Of a stretch of DNA of 64,000 nt, positions 42,781 to 53,612 are shown in pieces (position 1 is the stretch's first letter; each line of letters begins with the position of its first letter). A model generated the notes under the pieces. It had not been told where the DNA came from. It worked only from the letters and a program-made list of their open reading frames with translations, and made no database searches. The position numbers and the translations under genes are program-made. Location of the stretch: contig JBGFRI010000014.1 of NCBI GenBank assembly GCA_041695225.1, positions 1-64,000 on the forward strand, given 5' to 3'. The stretch comes from Deinococcota bacterium. Its GTDB lineage: Bacteria > Deinococcota > Deinococci > Deinococcales > Thermaceae.

Positions 42781-43332
42781 ATGAAGCGCTTTTTGGCTCT
42801 TGGTCTACTGCTGGTTGGGGTCTCGGCTGCACCCCCAGCCTACTTCCCCCATGGAATTGGCTTCTCCTGGACATATTCCTCGGGTATGGAGCAGGTATTC
42901 ACTCGCGAACAGAATGGAATGCTGGTTCTGGAGCGGCGGCTGGCCAGGCAGCCGGTAAGCGCCGACCTGCTCCGCTTTACCCCAGACCGGGGGGTACTGC
43001 TGGAAGGCCTGATTATTGGTCAGACCGTGCAGCGCTACCAACCCCCCTTGCAGCTCTACCCCGCGCCCCCGCTGGTAGTGGGGCAGGAATGGGGAGGACG
43101 AAGCACTTTTGATGGCCAGACCGTGGCCCTGCTGGGCAAGGTCTTGCGCATCGAAGGGGTAAGTGTGCCAGCAGGACGCTTCAACGCCTTTGTGATTCGC
43201 ACCTCTACCGTCACCAGCGGCGGCGGCAGCCAGGTGGTGGAGATTTATTTTGTTCCTGGCGTGGGGGTTGTTCGTTATGCCACGCCGGATGGCGGAAGGG
43301 TTGACCTGGTAAGGTTCAATGTGGGTAAATAG
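42781..43332 (+). CDS. Exported hypothetical protein
   Basis: Signal peptide; VSVPAGRF...YFVPGVGVV. Confidence 0.75.
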   Translation: MKRFLALGLLLVGVSAAPPAYFPHGIGFSWTYSSGMEQVFTREQNGMLVLERRLARQPVSADLLRFTPDRGVLLEGLIIGQTVQRYQPPLQLYPAPPLVVGQEWGGRSTFDGQTVALLGKVLRIEGVSVPAGRFNAFVIRTSTVTSGGGSQVVEIYFVPGVGVVRYATPDGGRVDLVRFNVGK

Positions 43333-43335
43333 GTC

Positions 43336-43824
43336 ATGGAACTTCACATTGTGCGGCTTGAAAAGCCAGAAAATCTGAACGTTATCCTGGGCACGAGCCA
43401 CTTCATCAAGACCGTGGAGGACTTGCACGAAGCCCTGGTCACGGCGGTTCCGGGAATCAAGTTCGGCCTGGCTTTTTGCGAGGCCTCGGGAAAACGCCTG
43501 ATTCGCAAGACCGGTACTGCCCCGGAGCTAATCGAGCTGGCAGTCCGGAACGCCCAGGCCATTGGGGCAGGCCACTCCTTTCTGATCGTGCTGGGTGAGG
43601 GCTTTTTTCCTATCAACGTGCTCCATGCGGTCAAAGCCTGCCCGGAAGTGGTGCAGATTTTCGCCGCAACGGCTAACCCACTCTCGGTAGTTGTCGCCGA
43701 GCAGAACGACCAGCGCGGAATTCTGGGGGTTCTGGATGGCCACAAGCCTCTGGGGGTAGAGTCCGAGGAAGACCTCTTGTGGCGCAAGGAGATCCTGCGC
43801 CGGTTTGGCTACAAGCTGGGGTAA
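43336..43824 (+). CDS. Adenosine-binding/adenosine-specific kinase family (DUF355)
   Basis: HFIKTVEDL, FCEASG and ATANP motifs. Confidence 0.85.
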   Translation: MELHIVRLEKPENLNVILGTSHFIKTVEDLHEALVTAVPGIKFGLAFCEASGKRLIRKTGTAPELIELAVRNAQAIGAGHSFLIVLGEGFFPINVLHAVKACPEVVQIFAATANPLSVVVAEQNDQRGILGVLDGHKPLGVESEEDLLWRKEILRRFGYKLG

Positions 43825-43862
43825 AGCCGTCCCACGGGAAACTGACCATTCAAAGCCACGCT

Positions 43863-45368
43863 TCACCGCGGGCATTCAGACGCCATGGTAAATCTCACTT
43901 TCTGCCCGGGGCGCAGTTGGGCCAGCCAGGGCAGATCGGCCGGATGTACTATGGCCGGTTTGGTGAAGCCACCGATGCGGCCCCGGTCATTTAGCAGTAC
44001 CAGGGGCTGCCCCTGGGTGGTGATCTGAATGGCACCCAGGGGTGTGGCCTCGCTGATTAGCTCGCCCCCCGGGACCTCCGGCCCCGACAACCTCAACCCC
44101 ATCCGATCCCCCGATACCAGTTCAAAGGGGGCCCGGCACAGGGCCTGCATGGCTTCCAGGCTGTACTGTGGCCCAGCCAGCAACCGAATTCGTCGCTTCA
44201 GAGGCCATTGTTGCCCAAACCCAAAACCCGCCAGGGGCATCCGGGGTGCTGCCAGGCCCAGCACATCCCCGGCCCGTAAGGCCCGCCCAACCAGTCCGGT
44301 GACATCGGTGCTGGCGCTGCCCCAAAACTGCTGGCTTTCAATTCCTCCTGCTATGGCCAGGTAACCCCGCACCCCCTCGGCGGTAGGCTTGAAGCTGAGC
44401 ACATCCCCTTTACGCAAAGCAAAAGTCTGGGCCCCTGGCGCCGGCTGGCCATTGACCAGCACAGACATTCCATAACCTGCAAAAGCCGCAACTACCGGCG
44501 AAAGCACGCTACAGACGGGGCCATTCAAGGTCAGCTCGAGCAGGGGTGCACCGGCTGGGTTACCAACCATCCGATTAGCAAGCGCTGCCGAATGCGCGTC
44601 CAGCACGCCCGATGCCGCCAGTCCAAAACGCCCTGCCATCTGCCGTCCGTCATCCATTACCAGATCCAGCAGGCCTGGCTGTTCCACCCGCAGGGCCGGG
44701 TAGCGCGGCTCGGTGGGAAGCAGTGGGCGTACTGCTGGCAGCTCTGGGGTGGGACCTTGCGAGGGCACAAACCGCACCCTGTCCCCGGCTTCCAGCAGAA
44801 ACACGTTTTCGCGGTGGGGGTTGTAAACCTGGGTTAGCGCAGTTCCGATCAGATGCCAGCCCCCGGGCGAGGGCAGCGGGTATATTCCAGTCTGGGTTCC
44901 AGCAATCGCCACCGAGTGGGCCGGAACCTGCACACGCGGTGTACTCCGGCGGGGCAGGCGCAAGTGTTCGTCGAGGGGCCCCAGAAAGGGAAACCCTGGG
45001 GTGAAGCCGGTAGCAAAAACCCGGTACAGGGGCTGGTGGTGTAGCCGCACCACCTCCTCAACTGGCAAACCAGTTTGTTGGGCCACCCAGGGCAGGTCGG
45101 GCCCGTCGTAGCGCACCGGAATTTCGACCTGTCTTCCTTCGGGGGGGCTAGGCAGAGCCTGCTTTCTCTGCTTCAGCCAGCGCTCCACCTGGGACTTGGA
45201 GACCCGATTGGCATCGAACTCGATATACACATTCACATAGCCGGGCACAATATCGGTCAGGCCCGGCAGCGGATCGCCAAGCAGGGCCCGCGCCAGGGCT
45301 AGCAGGCTAGCATTGGCCGATACGTCGAGCTGCTCGGAAAAGCCCAGATAGAAACCAGTGCGGGTCAT
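43863..45368 (-). CDS. Fused PxpB-PxpC (KipI-KipA-like) 5-oxoprolinase subunits
   Basis: GFTPGFPFL, YPLPSPGGW, GVRGYLA, DRMG and IGGFTKPA motifs. Confidence 0.88.
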   Translation of the reverse strand: MTRTGFYLGFSEQLDVSANASLLALARALLGDPLPGLTDIVPGYVNVYIEFDANRVSKSQVERWLKQRKQALPSPPEGRQVEIPVRYDGPDLPWVAQQTGLPVEEVVRLHHQPLYRVFATGFTPGFPFLGPLDEHLRLPRRSTPRVQVPAHSVAIAGTQTGIYPLPSPGGWHLIGTALTQVYNPHRENVFLLEAGDRVRFVPSQGPTPELPAVRPLLPTEPRYPALRVEQPGLLDLVMDDGRQMAGRFGLAASGVLDAHSAALANRMVGNPAGAPLLELTLNGPVCSVLSPVVAAFAGYGMSVLVNGQPAPGAQTFALRKGDVLSFKPTAEGVRGYLAIAGGIESQQFWGSASTDVTGLVGRALRAGDVLGLAAPRMPLAGFGFGQQWPLKRRIRLLAGPQYSLEAMQALCRAPFELVSGDRMGLRLSGPEVPGGELISEATPLGAIQITTQGQPLVLLNDRGRIGGFTKPAIVHPADLPWLAQLRPGQKVRFTMASECPR

Positions 45369-45396
45369 GGAAAGGGCAGTGTACTGGTCAGAAACT

Positions 45397-46149
45397 CTAG
45401 TAGGTCTGGACGGTGATGCCCTCGGCCAGCAAAGCCTTCCTTATGGCCCTGGCTATCTCTACGGCCCGGGGGTTATCGCTATGAATACACAGGGTCCGGG
45501 CGCGTACCGGTACGGTTCCACCATCTATGGTTTCCACTTCACCTTTCACCACCATCTGCACCGCCCGCCGGGCAGCCTCTACAGGGCTTTCAATCAAGGC
45601 CCCAAACAAGCCTCTGGGCGCTAGCCGCCCATCGCGGTTATACCCACGCTCCGGGAAGGCTTCGGCGACGACCGGCACCCCCAGCTTTTCCGCCTCTGTC
45701 TCCAGGGGTGTGCTGGGCAGCACCACCAGTGGTAGGCTGGGGTCAAAATCTTTTACTGCCTGGGCAATCGCCCTGGCCGTTTCTGGGTCTCTAGTAGCAC
45801 GGTTGTAGAGCGCCCCGTGGGCCTTGACATGGTGCAGGGGCATTCCTGCTACCCGCAAAAAAGCGCTCAGAGCCCCCACCTGGTAAAGCACATCGGCATA
45901 CACTTCGTCTGGCGCAGCAGAAATTTCCCGCCGCCCAAACCCCACCAGGTCGGGGAAAGCGGGGTGTGCGCCAACGGCAATGCCCTCTCGTTTGGCAAGC
46001 CTTAGGGTGTGCCTTATGGTCAGCGGATCGCCGGCATGAAAACCGCAAGCCACATTAACCGAGCTAACCAGCGAAAACAGCTCTGCATCGTTGCCCAGTT
46101 TCCAGTTGCCATAAGATTCGCCAGCATCGGCATTGAGATCTATCTGCAT
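45397..46149 (-). CDS. pxpA: 5-oxoprolinase subunit A (LamB/YcsF)
   Basis: DLNADAGESYG, ACGFHAGDP and HVKAHGALYN motifs. Confidence 0.92.
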   Translation of the reverse strand: MQIDLNADAGESYGNWKLGNDAELFSLVSSVNVACGFHAGDPLTIRHTLRLAKREGIAVGAHPAFPDLVGFGRREISAAPDEVYADVLYQVGALSAFLRVAGMPLHHVKAHGALYNRATRDPETARAIAQAVKDFDPSLPLVVLPSTPLETEAEKLGVPVVAEAFPERGYNRDGRLAPRGLFGALIESPVEAARRAVQMVVKGEVETIDGGTVPVRARTLCIHSDNPRAVEIARAIRKALLAEGITVQTY

Positions 46150-46285
46150 TAGAGCACCCTCTGTCTAGCCGCCGTGGGTGGTAACAGCATTTGGTAAGAG
46201 TTCAAAAACGACAAAGTTTGGTTTGTCAAAGAGGACCGAGCCTTCCATGATTATCACGCAAAATGGACCTCAGACCTGGTACAAC

Positions 46286-47590
46286 CTAACCACCGATCAT
46301 GGTTCGCGGGAGCCAGGTCACGATCTCAGGAAATACCGTGATGATGGCGGCAGCCACCAGCAACATGGACACAAAGGGCAGAACCGAACGGGCGATGAAC
46401 AGGATGTCCCGGCCCGAAAGGCCCTTGATCACAAACAGGTTGAAGCCCACAGGGGGAGTGATCTGGGCAACCTCCACCGCAATTACCAGGAAGATTCCGA
46501 ACCACAAAAGGTCAATTCCCACCGCCGTGACAAGCGGCAGAATGACCGAGGTGGTCAGGACGATCATCGAGAAACCATCCAGAAACATCCCCAGCACAAT
46601 GAAGAGCAGCATCAAGATAGCTAATAGGGCATATTTGGATAGGCCAAGCTCCCCCACCCAGGTGGCTAGGGCAGACGGGATACCGGTAAAGCCCATGGCG
46701 ATGCTAAGCACGGCTGCCCCGGCCAGGATAAAGCCGATCATACAGGTGGTGCGCACGGCCCCCACCAGGCTCTCCAGCAGGCCCTGCCAGCTCAGGCTGC
46801 GGCTGAGTCCGGCGATGATCAGCGAGCCCAGAACCCCCAGGCTGGCCGCCTCGGTGGGAGTGGCCAGCCCGGCATATATGGAACCGATCAAGGCCACGAT
46901 CAGGAACACCACCGGGGCAATTTTCAGGCTGTCGCGCAACCGCTGTAGCAGCGGCGTAGGCGGGTCGGCCGGGGGCATCTGACGGGGGTTTAACAGGCTG
47001 GAAAGTACCAACCAGCCCATGAACAAGAGCATCACCAAAAGCCCTGGCAACAGCCCGGCGATGAAGAGCCGGGCAATAGAGACCTCAGCAGCCACCCCGT
47101 AAACAATCAGCATCACCGAGGGGGGGATCAGAAGACCCAAAGTACCGGAGCCAGCCAGCGAGCCCAACACCATCCGCTCGGGGTAGCCCCGCTTGAGAAG
47201 CTCTGGCAGAGCAATCTTGCCCACGGTGGCGGTGGTGGCTGCCGAGGAGCCGATTACCAATGCAAAAATGCCTGAGGCCAGTACGTTGGTATGCAGCAAG
47301 CGACCCGGAATCCAGCGCAGCCAGGGAGCCAGCCCCTCGAACAGGTTGGCGGCCAGACGTGTGCGATAAAGGATCTCCCCCATCCAGATGAACATCGGCA
47401 GCGCGGCCAGCGACCAGCTCGAGTTCGAGACCCACAGGCCGCTGGCCACGCTAAGTCCTGCCGGGGTGGTGGTGAAGAAGTGCAACCCTACCCAGCCCAC
47501 CCCCAGCAAGGCCACCCCTATCCAGAGCCCTCCGCCCAGCAACAGCAGGAGCAACAGTATCAGAAAGAGCGCGACCTGGGTAAGTTCTAT
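46286..47590 (-). CDS. dctM: TRAP transporter large permease; apparent start codon is ATA
   Basis: GTLGLLIPPS, ATPTEAA and ITPPVGFNLF motifs. Confidence 0.88.
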   Translation of the reverse strand: MELTQVALFLILLLLLLLGGGLWIGVALLGVGWVGLHFFTTTPAGLSVASGLWVSNSSWSLAALPMFIWMGEILYRTRLAANLFEGLAPWLRWIPGRLLHTNVLASGIFALVIGSSAATTATVGKIALPELLKRGYPERMVLGSLAGSGTLGLLIPPSVMLIVYGVAAEVSIARLFIAGLLPGLLVMLLFMGWLVLSSLLNPRQMPPADPPTPLLQRLRDSLKIAPVVFLIVALIGSIYAGLATPTEAASLGVLGSLIIAGLSRSLSWQGLLESLVGAVRTTCMIGFILAGAAVLSIAMGFTGIPSALATWVGELGLSKYALLAILMLLFIVLGMFLDGFSMIVLTTSVILPLVTAVGIDLLWFGIFLVIAVEVAQITPPVGFNLFVIKGLSGRDILFIARSVLPFVSMLLVAAAIITVFPEIVTWLPRTMIGG

Positions 47591-47593
47591 AGC

Positions 47594-48109
47594 TCACTCC
47601 CTTGCTTGGCCCTCGGCCAAGTAAGTGGGCAACTCGCCACGCAACAAAGAAACCAGGGTATCGGCCAGGGCCACAGTGAAGATGGCCATGCCTGCCGCTA
47701 CCAGGCTCTGGGGAATCCAGATGGGCAGTGGCAAAACCCCTGGGGCCAGGTCGCCGTAGCGGTAGGAGTCCAGCACCAGCCGCACCAGGTGGTAGGTGGC
47801 GTAGCTCGCGGCCACGAGTGAAAGGCCCCCGACCAGTAGTTCCAGCGCCAGCCTGGTTCTGCCCTTAAGCAACCGCACCAGCACCCCCACTCGGATATGG
47901 ACCCCGGCCCTGAGGGCGGGGGCCAGGGCGAAGAAAACCGCCCCGGCCATGGCAAACCCAGAAAGCTCGTTGGCGGAGGGAACGACAATCCCAAGCTGCC
48001 GACCCAAAATCTGGGCCAGGATAATCAAGAAGATGAAGACCACCAGCCCCCCGGCCATGAAGCCAGAAAAGCGGTACAAACCATCCAGCAGCCTGCGCAT
48101 CCCGGCCAC
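47594..48109 (-). CDS. dctQ: TRAP transporter small permease
   Basis: Four TM helices; GVHIRV. Confidence 0.88.
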   Translation of the reverse strand: MAGMRRLLDGLYRFSGFMAGGLVVFIFLIILAQILGRQLGIVVPSANELSGFAMAGAVFFALAPALRAGVHIRVGVLVRLLKGRTRLALELLVGGLSLVAASYATYHLVRLVLDSYRYGDLAPGVLPLPIWIPQSLVAAGMAIFTVALADTLVSLLRGELPTYLAEGQARE

Positions 48110-48116
48110 CCTCAGC

Positions 48117-49094
48117 CTAGCGGGCTCCGGTGGCCCGGAAGGCCCGGTAGATGTTGACCCCGGTGGCTCCAGCCTGCCTTAACCACTCGTTAGTCATGAC
48201 CTGGCCCACCTGCCTGAGTTCGGCCATGAGCTGTGGGCTGGGCTGCAATACCCGCATTCCCCGCTGGGCCAGAATGGCGGCCATACTATCGGCCTGCTGC
48301 TGGCTGATCTGCCAGCCACGCTGCTCGGCCCGCCTGGCCGCAGCCAGCACCGCCTCGCGGTCTGCAGGACTCAGGCCATCCAGGGCCCGGCGGCTCACAA
48401 ATACCATATTCTTAGGAATCCAGGCCCTTAGGTCGTAAAAGTAGCGGGTAAAGTCCCACGCATGGCTGTCCACCCCGGTGGAAGCCGAGGTGATCATGGC
48501 CTCTACAATACCTGTGGCAAAGGCATGTGGAATGTCGGCGGCCTCAACAAGGGTGGGGGTCATGCCGGTCAACTCGGCAATACGAACGGTAGCCGGGTTA
48601 TGGGCCCGGAAGCGCAGACCCCTGAGGTCGGCAACGCTGTTAACTGGTCGTCTTGTGAAAAGACCCTGCCCTGGCCAAGGAACCGAAAACAGCAGGGTCG
48701 CTCTCTGCCGGTTAAGCCAGCTTTCGACCTCTGTCCGGGAAACCCGATACAGTCGCTCAGCTTCCTCGTAGCTTGTGGCCAGGAAGGGAATCGAGTCCAG
48801 GGCTAAAACCGGGTTTTCACGCGCCAGAAAGGACATGAACACCTCGCCCATCTGAATCTGGCCAGCTCGCACCCCCGGCAGGATCTGGCCGTGGGGCAGG
48901 AGCGCGCCCCCACTGTGAACCCGAATCACCAGACGGCCCTGGGTAGCGGCCTCTACCTCGCGGGCGAACTCGCGGATGTTGATGGTATGGAAGTTGCCAT
49001 CTGGGTAAGGGGTTGCCATGTTCCAGGTCTGGGTCTGGGCTAGGGCCCCGCCCAGGGCCAGGGTTGCCAAGAGTCCTACTACCTTGTTATACAT
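48117..49094 (-). CDS. dctP: TRAP transporter substrate-binding protein
   Basis: Signal peptide; YPDGNFHT and DLRGLRFRA motifs. Confidence 0.9.
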   Translation of the reverse strand: MYNKVVGLLATLALGGALAQTQTWNMATPYPDGNFHTINIREFAREVEAATQGRLVIRVHSGGALLPHGQILPGVRAGQIQMGEVFMSFLARENPVLALDSIPFLATSYEEAERLYRVSRTEVESWLNRQRATLLFSVPWPGQGLFTRRPVNSVADLRGLRFRAHNPATVRIAELTGMTPTLVEAADIPHAFATGIVEAMITSASTGVDSHAWDFTRYFYDLRAWIPKNMVFVSRRALDGLSPADREAVLAAARRAEQRGWQISQQQADSMAAILAQRGMRVLQPSPQLMAELRQVGQVMTNEWLRQAGATGVNIYRAFRATGAR

Positions 49095-49937
49095 ACTTTC
49101 CTCCTTTGTGCTGAGGCGTTACCGCCTGAAGCGTCTGCAACAAGCCCCGGATATCGGTCTGCCAGGGCCCCTTATATCCCAGACGCCGGGAGATTTGTTG
49201 GGCGGTCTGGTCAAGGTCTTTAAGGTAGTTTGCCAACTTGTCACCCTCACGGTAGATGGCCTCGGCCCCGGCCAGACTGAGCGCGGACAGCACTTCTCCA
49301 CCAGCCCCACAGATGGGCGCAGCCAACTCGGCGGAATGGGGCTCGAGCTCGCCAAAGCTGACGGCAAAGCCGGTCTGGCGGGTTAGGGCCAAAAGCTCTC
49401 TAAGCCTGGACAACTCCACCGGCGTGGCCAGGGTATAGCGTTTGCGCTCGCCGCTCCACACCTCCTGCTGCACCGCCTCCGTCGCAAAGGCCAGGAGCAG
49501 TCTGGTGGAAGCCCCGGCGTATAGGGGGGCGCGACGACCAGGTGCGATGTAGAGGCGCACCCTCGAGCGGGCCTCCAGCACCTCCAGGTAGACACCCTCG
49601 AGCCCATCCCTAACTACCCATTGCACCGACTGGCCTGTGGCGTCGCGCAAAGCCTGCATCAGGGGTAGAGCCACCTGGCGGGCCGGGTAGGCTGCCTTGA
49701 CCAGGGCCCCAAGGTACAACAGGCAGGTACCAAGCCGGTAGCGCCGGTTTTCCCGTATCAGCAGGCCGTGCTGCTCTAGCGCCCTCAGGCTGCGCAAACA
49801 GGTAGCTTTTGACCAACCGCTGGCCCGGGCCAGTTCGGACAGACCCCAGTAGGGGTGTTCCTCGCTAAAAAACCCAGCAGGTAAAGGGGGCGCTCCAAGG
49901 TTGGGATAGCTTTCTCTGGTTTCACTGAATGAACCAC
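49087..49937 (-). pseudogene. IclR-family regulator with a single-base frameshift near the N-terminus
   Basis: IPTLERPLYLLG and SEEHPYWGLSELARASGWSKATC lie in different frames, joined across the A6 run at 49867-49872. Confidence 0.75.
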
Positions 49938-50207
49938 CTATTTATTGAGTGAACCTAATCTATCAATATGCTTGCAGGCTGTCAAGACCAGCCCCGCTCG
50001 CCCCGGTCAGTGCCAACTAACGGGTTTGCATTGGCTGTTGTTCGCCGACGAATACCCCCTGCCTCCAGATTCATCCCGTGTCGGACAATACAGCAAAGAG
50101 GCCGTTGCAGCCCACCCTGGCCTCCCCCATTCTGGAGGAGCTACCTTCGCACTGGCGCCTCTGGAGGACCAGCCTGAGGCTGGATAAGCGAAGTCAGAGA
50201 TCGGGCT

Positions 50208-51185
50208 TCACAGGCCCAAAATCAAGGCAAACATCAGCGGCGCCACAATCGAGGCATCCGACTCAATCATGAACTTGGGAGTATCCATCCCCAGCTTGCC
50301 CCAGGTGATTTTCTCGTTGGGGACTGCCCCCGAGTAAGAGCCGTAGCTGGTAGTGGAGTCGGATATCTGGCAGAAGTAGCCCCATAGCGGAATCTCGGTA
50401 CGTCGCATGTCCTGGTGTAACATTGGCACCACGCAGATAGGAAAGTCGCCGGCAATGCCCCCGCCAAGCTGAAATAATCCAATGGAGTGCTGGGCACTGG
50501 TCTGGACATACCATTGAGCCAGCATCATCATGTACTCGATGCCCGAGCGCACGGTATGCACATTCTTTATATGCCCACTCAAGCAGTGGCCCGCATACAT
50601 ATTGCCGGAGGTGGAGTCTTCCCAGCCCGGCGTCAGAATGGGCAGGTTTCTCTCAGCAGCCGCCACCACCCAGCTATCCTTGGGGTCAATCTGGTAATAC
50701 TGCTCGAGCCTGCCCTTTTCGATAATCCGGTACAAAAACTCGTGCGGGAAGTAGCGTTCCCCTGCTGCATCTGAGGCTTCCCACTCCTCAAGCAGGGCCC
50801 CTTCCAACCGGCGCATGGCCTCCATCTCAGGAATGCAGGTATCGGTGACGCGGTTCAAGTGCTTTTCCAGGAGACGTTGCTCGTCGTGGGCAGTCAGTTC
50901 GCGCCAGTGAGGCACCCGCTCGTAGTGGTGATGGGCGACCAGATTAAACAGGTCTTCTTCCAGATTGGCCCCGGTACAGCTAATGGCGTGTACCTTGCCC
51001 TGGCGGATCATTTCAGCCAGCGATATGCCCAGCTCGGCGGTACTCATGGCCCCGGCCAGCGTGACCATCATCACCCCACCCTGGTCGAGGTGCAAACGAT
51101 AGGCTTCGGCGGCATCCACCAGCGTGGCGGCGTTGAAGTGGCGGAAATGATGCTTTATAAACTTTGAAATTTCTCCACGAGACAT
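50208..51185 (-). CDS. Deoxyhypusine synthase-like protein (polyamine metabolism)
   Basis: HFNAA, TGANLEED and YGSYSGAVPNEKITWGK motifs. Confidence 0.9.
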   Translation of the reverse strand: MSRGEISKFIKHHFRHFNAATLVDAAEAYRLHLDQGGVMMVTLAGAMSTAELGISLAEMIRQGKVHAISCTGANLEEDLFNLVAHHHYERVPHWRELTAHDEQRLLEKHLNRVTDTCIPEMEAMRRLEGALLEEWEASDAAGERYFPHEFLYRIIEKGRLEQYYQIDPKDSWVVAAAERNLPILTPGWEDSTSGNMYAGHCLSGHIKNVHTVRSGIEYMMMLAQWYVQTSAQHSIGLFQLGGGIAGDFPICVVPMLHQDMRRTEIPLWGYFCQISDSTTSYGSYSGAVPNEKITWGKLGMDTPKFMIESDASIVAPLMFALILGL

Positions 51186-51427
51186 AGGGTTCCTCCAGGT
51201 TGCGGCTTTGCCGGAGCCGCCATGGCGGCTCGCCTTGTTCTCGCGGGGTGGGCGAATATGGCTCCCCCCTTCGGTCTATGCCGAACGCCAACGGGTTACA
51301 GGCCGGTGAACCCAGCCCGCCTGCTCGCTTGAAGTGTACTGAAACCAGCTGGGAAATCAAGACCCCAGCAGAGATTGCCTTAGTGCGTACCTCATTTTCT
51401 AGCCATAACCAGCCGAGCTGGGCAAGC

Positions 51428-51655
51428 TTAAGGCCCACGAAACCAGCGTAACAGCAGGCTGAGCAACAGGCTCAGAACAAGGCTGATCAACAACATCGAG
51501 GCCAGCGGGAGGTAGAAGCGAAACCCGTCGCGTTCAATACGGATATCCCCCGGCAGGCGACCAAACCAGTTCAAAAGCCACGGGGCATAAATCAACAGCA
51601 GGCCCAAAGCCACCAGCAAAAGACCCAGCAAAACCAGGCCGCGCCCAATATCCAC
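51428..51655 (-). CDS. DUF2905 small membrane protein
   Basis: GRLPGDI...FYLPL.S..LIS. Confidence 0.85.
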   Translation of the reverse strand: MDIGRGLVLLGLLLVALGLLLIYAPWLLNWFGRLPGDIRIERDGFRFYLPLASMLLISLVLSLLLSLLLRWFRGP

Positions 51656-51658
51656 CCC

Positions 51659-52573
51659 CTAATAGTATCCTAGCTCCCGCAAGGCTTCGGGGTCTTTGCG
51701 CCAGTTGGGGTAGACCTTGACCTCGAGATCGAGGTAGACCTTGTGGGACAAAAACACCTCTAACTGCTTACGCGCCGCCGCCCCAATTTCCTTGAGCATC
51801 CGCCCCTTGGCTCCGATCAAAATGGGCCTGTGACCCTCACGTTCGACATAGATATTGACCCGAATATAGAACACCCCACTGCCTCTGCCGGCAGCGGCGG
51901 GGCGCAGCTCAAACTCCTCGGTTTTGGTGGCGATAGAGTAGGGAATCTCTTCTTTAAGCCGCTTCATGGCCTCTTCGCGTACAATTTCGGCGGCCCACTC
52001 CCCCGGGGTCTGGTCGCCTTTGGCATAGTCTTGGGGGAAGAAGAAAGGCCCTGGGGGCAAAAGCGCCGAAATCTCGTCCCGCAGGGCTTTGGCATCGCGT
52101 TCGTTCTGGGCCGAGATCATACGGATTTCCAGGCCGGGAAGCAGCTGGGCATAGGCCTGCATCGCGGCGTCGGGGTATCTGGCGGTATCGGTCTTGTTGC
52201 CTATCAGAAATATCGAGACCTGGTCCTTGAGGGGACGTAGTGCGCGCGCCACCAGCTCGTCTTCGTGGGTGGGCGGGTGGCGCAGATCAACCAGCCACAA
52301 CACCGCATTCACCTCGACCAGAGCTTCGACAATCTGACGGATCATGTACTCGCTCATGGCATCGGCGGCCTCGTGCCAGCCCGGGGTGTCCACAAACACA
52401 ATCTGACGGCTGCCCTCGGTATGGATGCCGCGCACCCGCTTGCGGGTGGTCTGGGGCTTGGGGCTGATGGGAGCAATCTTCACCCCCAGCATAGAATTAA
52501 CCAGGGTAGACTTGCCCACATTGGGCTTGCCTACCACCGCCACAAAACCAGAGTAGGTAGTTCCTTCGGTCAC
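51659..52573 (-). CDS. era: GTPase Era
   Basis: GKPNVGKSTL, PQTTR, DTPG and NKTD motifs; KH domain. Confidence 0.96.
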   Translation of the reverse strand: MTEGTTYSGFVAVVGKPNVGKSTLVNSMLGVKIAPISPKPQTTRKRVRGIHTEGSRQIVFVDTPGWHEAADAMSEYMIRQIVEALVEVNAVLWLVDLRHPPTHEDELVARALRPLKDQVSIFLIGNKTDTARYPDAAMQAYAQLLPGLEIRMISAQNERDAKALRDEISALLPPGPFFFPQDYAKGDQTPGEWAAEIVREEAMKRLKEEIPYSIATKTEEFELRPAAAGRGSGVFYIRVNIYVEREGHRPILIGAKGRMLKEIGAAARKQLEVFLSHKVYLDLEVKVYPNWRKDPEALRELGYY

Positions 52574-52835
52574 CGTTTTAGTATAGGGCCAAGGGCCTGG
52601 GTTTTATCGCATCCCGGTTGGAACAGTCACGGGCAGCCGCAGAGGTGTTCTGCTGCGTTCAAAAGGATTTCTTTGGTACCTGGTGCAGCCACAATGGCAC
52701 CTACAGCATAATTTACACCTTCCCAGAGCCGGGCAGCTGCGAATAACCCTAGAGGACAGTCAGAAATTACCAGGACACCCAGTCTCTTGAGTAGAGTTTT
52801 CAATGAGCTCGGTAGCTGAAAGGGCGGCACCAAAG

Positions 52836-52948
52836 CCCCCTCTCCCTAGCTTGGGAGAGGGTTGGGGTGAGGGTTGAATGCTGCCAAAGACGCCATGGTT
52901 CGCTGCGCTCACCCCCCTCACCCAGCCTCTCCCACCAGGGGAGAGGAG
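52836..52948. repeat. Paired CCCTCTCCC...GGGAGAGG hairpin repeats (REP-like)
   Basis: cccctctccctagcttgggagaggg and cctctcccaccaggggagagg in opposite orientation; related hairpin at 7602-7638. Confidence 0.75.
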
Positions 52949-53000
52949 ATTTCTCCAACATCCGCTGGCTTGGGCGGTCTGTATGCCCCCTCTTGCCTAC

Positions 53001-53612
53001 TCACTCGTGCATGGGCCGCTCTTTGCGCGGCAGACCAGACTTGTGGTGTTCCAGCAGCGCCTTCAGGGCTTTTCCCCGGTGGGAGTAGGCGGCTTTAGTC
53101 TCTAGGGTCATCTCGGCAAAGGTCTGGCCCGCTTCGGGTAGATAAAACAAGGGGTCGTAGCCAAAGCCCCTCTCGCCCCTGGGGGCCTCGAGTATCTCCC
53201 CCGCCGTCTCGCCGCGGTAAAGTTCCATGTAGCCATCGGGATAGGCAATCACCAGTGCAGCCACAAATTTCGCTTTGCGTTCACCAGCCCGAATACCCCT
53301 GAGGCGCTCGAGTAAATATACATTGCGCTCAAGATCGGTTTTCTTGTTGCCGTAGCGGGCCGAGTAGACTCCAGGCTCTCCTCCCAGAGCCTCTACTTCC
53401 AGTCCCGAGTCGTCGGCCAGAGTGGGCATACCGCTGTACTTAGCCCCGAAGGCTGCTTTCAGTACAGCATTATCTTCAAAGGTAGAGCCCTCTTCGGGCG
53501 GCATTTTGAAAGGATAGTCTAGCAAGGAAAACAGTGTCCATCCCAGCGGCGCAAGCCCTTCCTTGAGCTCGAGGTATTTGCCTGGGTTGGAAGTGGCAAT
53601 TAGCAGGCGCAT
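53001..53612 (-). CDS. rdgB: Non-canonical purine NTP pyrophosphatase
   Basis: ATSNPGK, ADDSGL, PGVYSARY, GFGYDPLF and SHRGKAL motifs. Confidence 0.95.
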   Translation of the reverse strand: MRLLIATSNPGKYLELKEGLAPLGWTLFSLLDYPFKMPPEEGSTFEDNAVLKAAFGAKYSGMPTLADDSGLEVEALGGEPGVYSARYGNKKTDLERNVYLLERLRGIRAGERKAKFVAALVIAYPDGYMELYRGETAGEILEAPRGERGFGYDPLFYLPEAGQTFAEMTLETKAAYSHRGKALKALLEHHKSGLPRKERPMHE

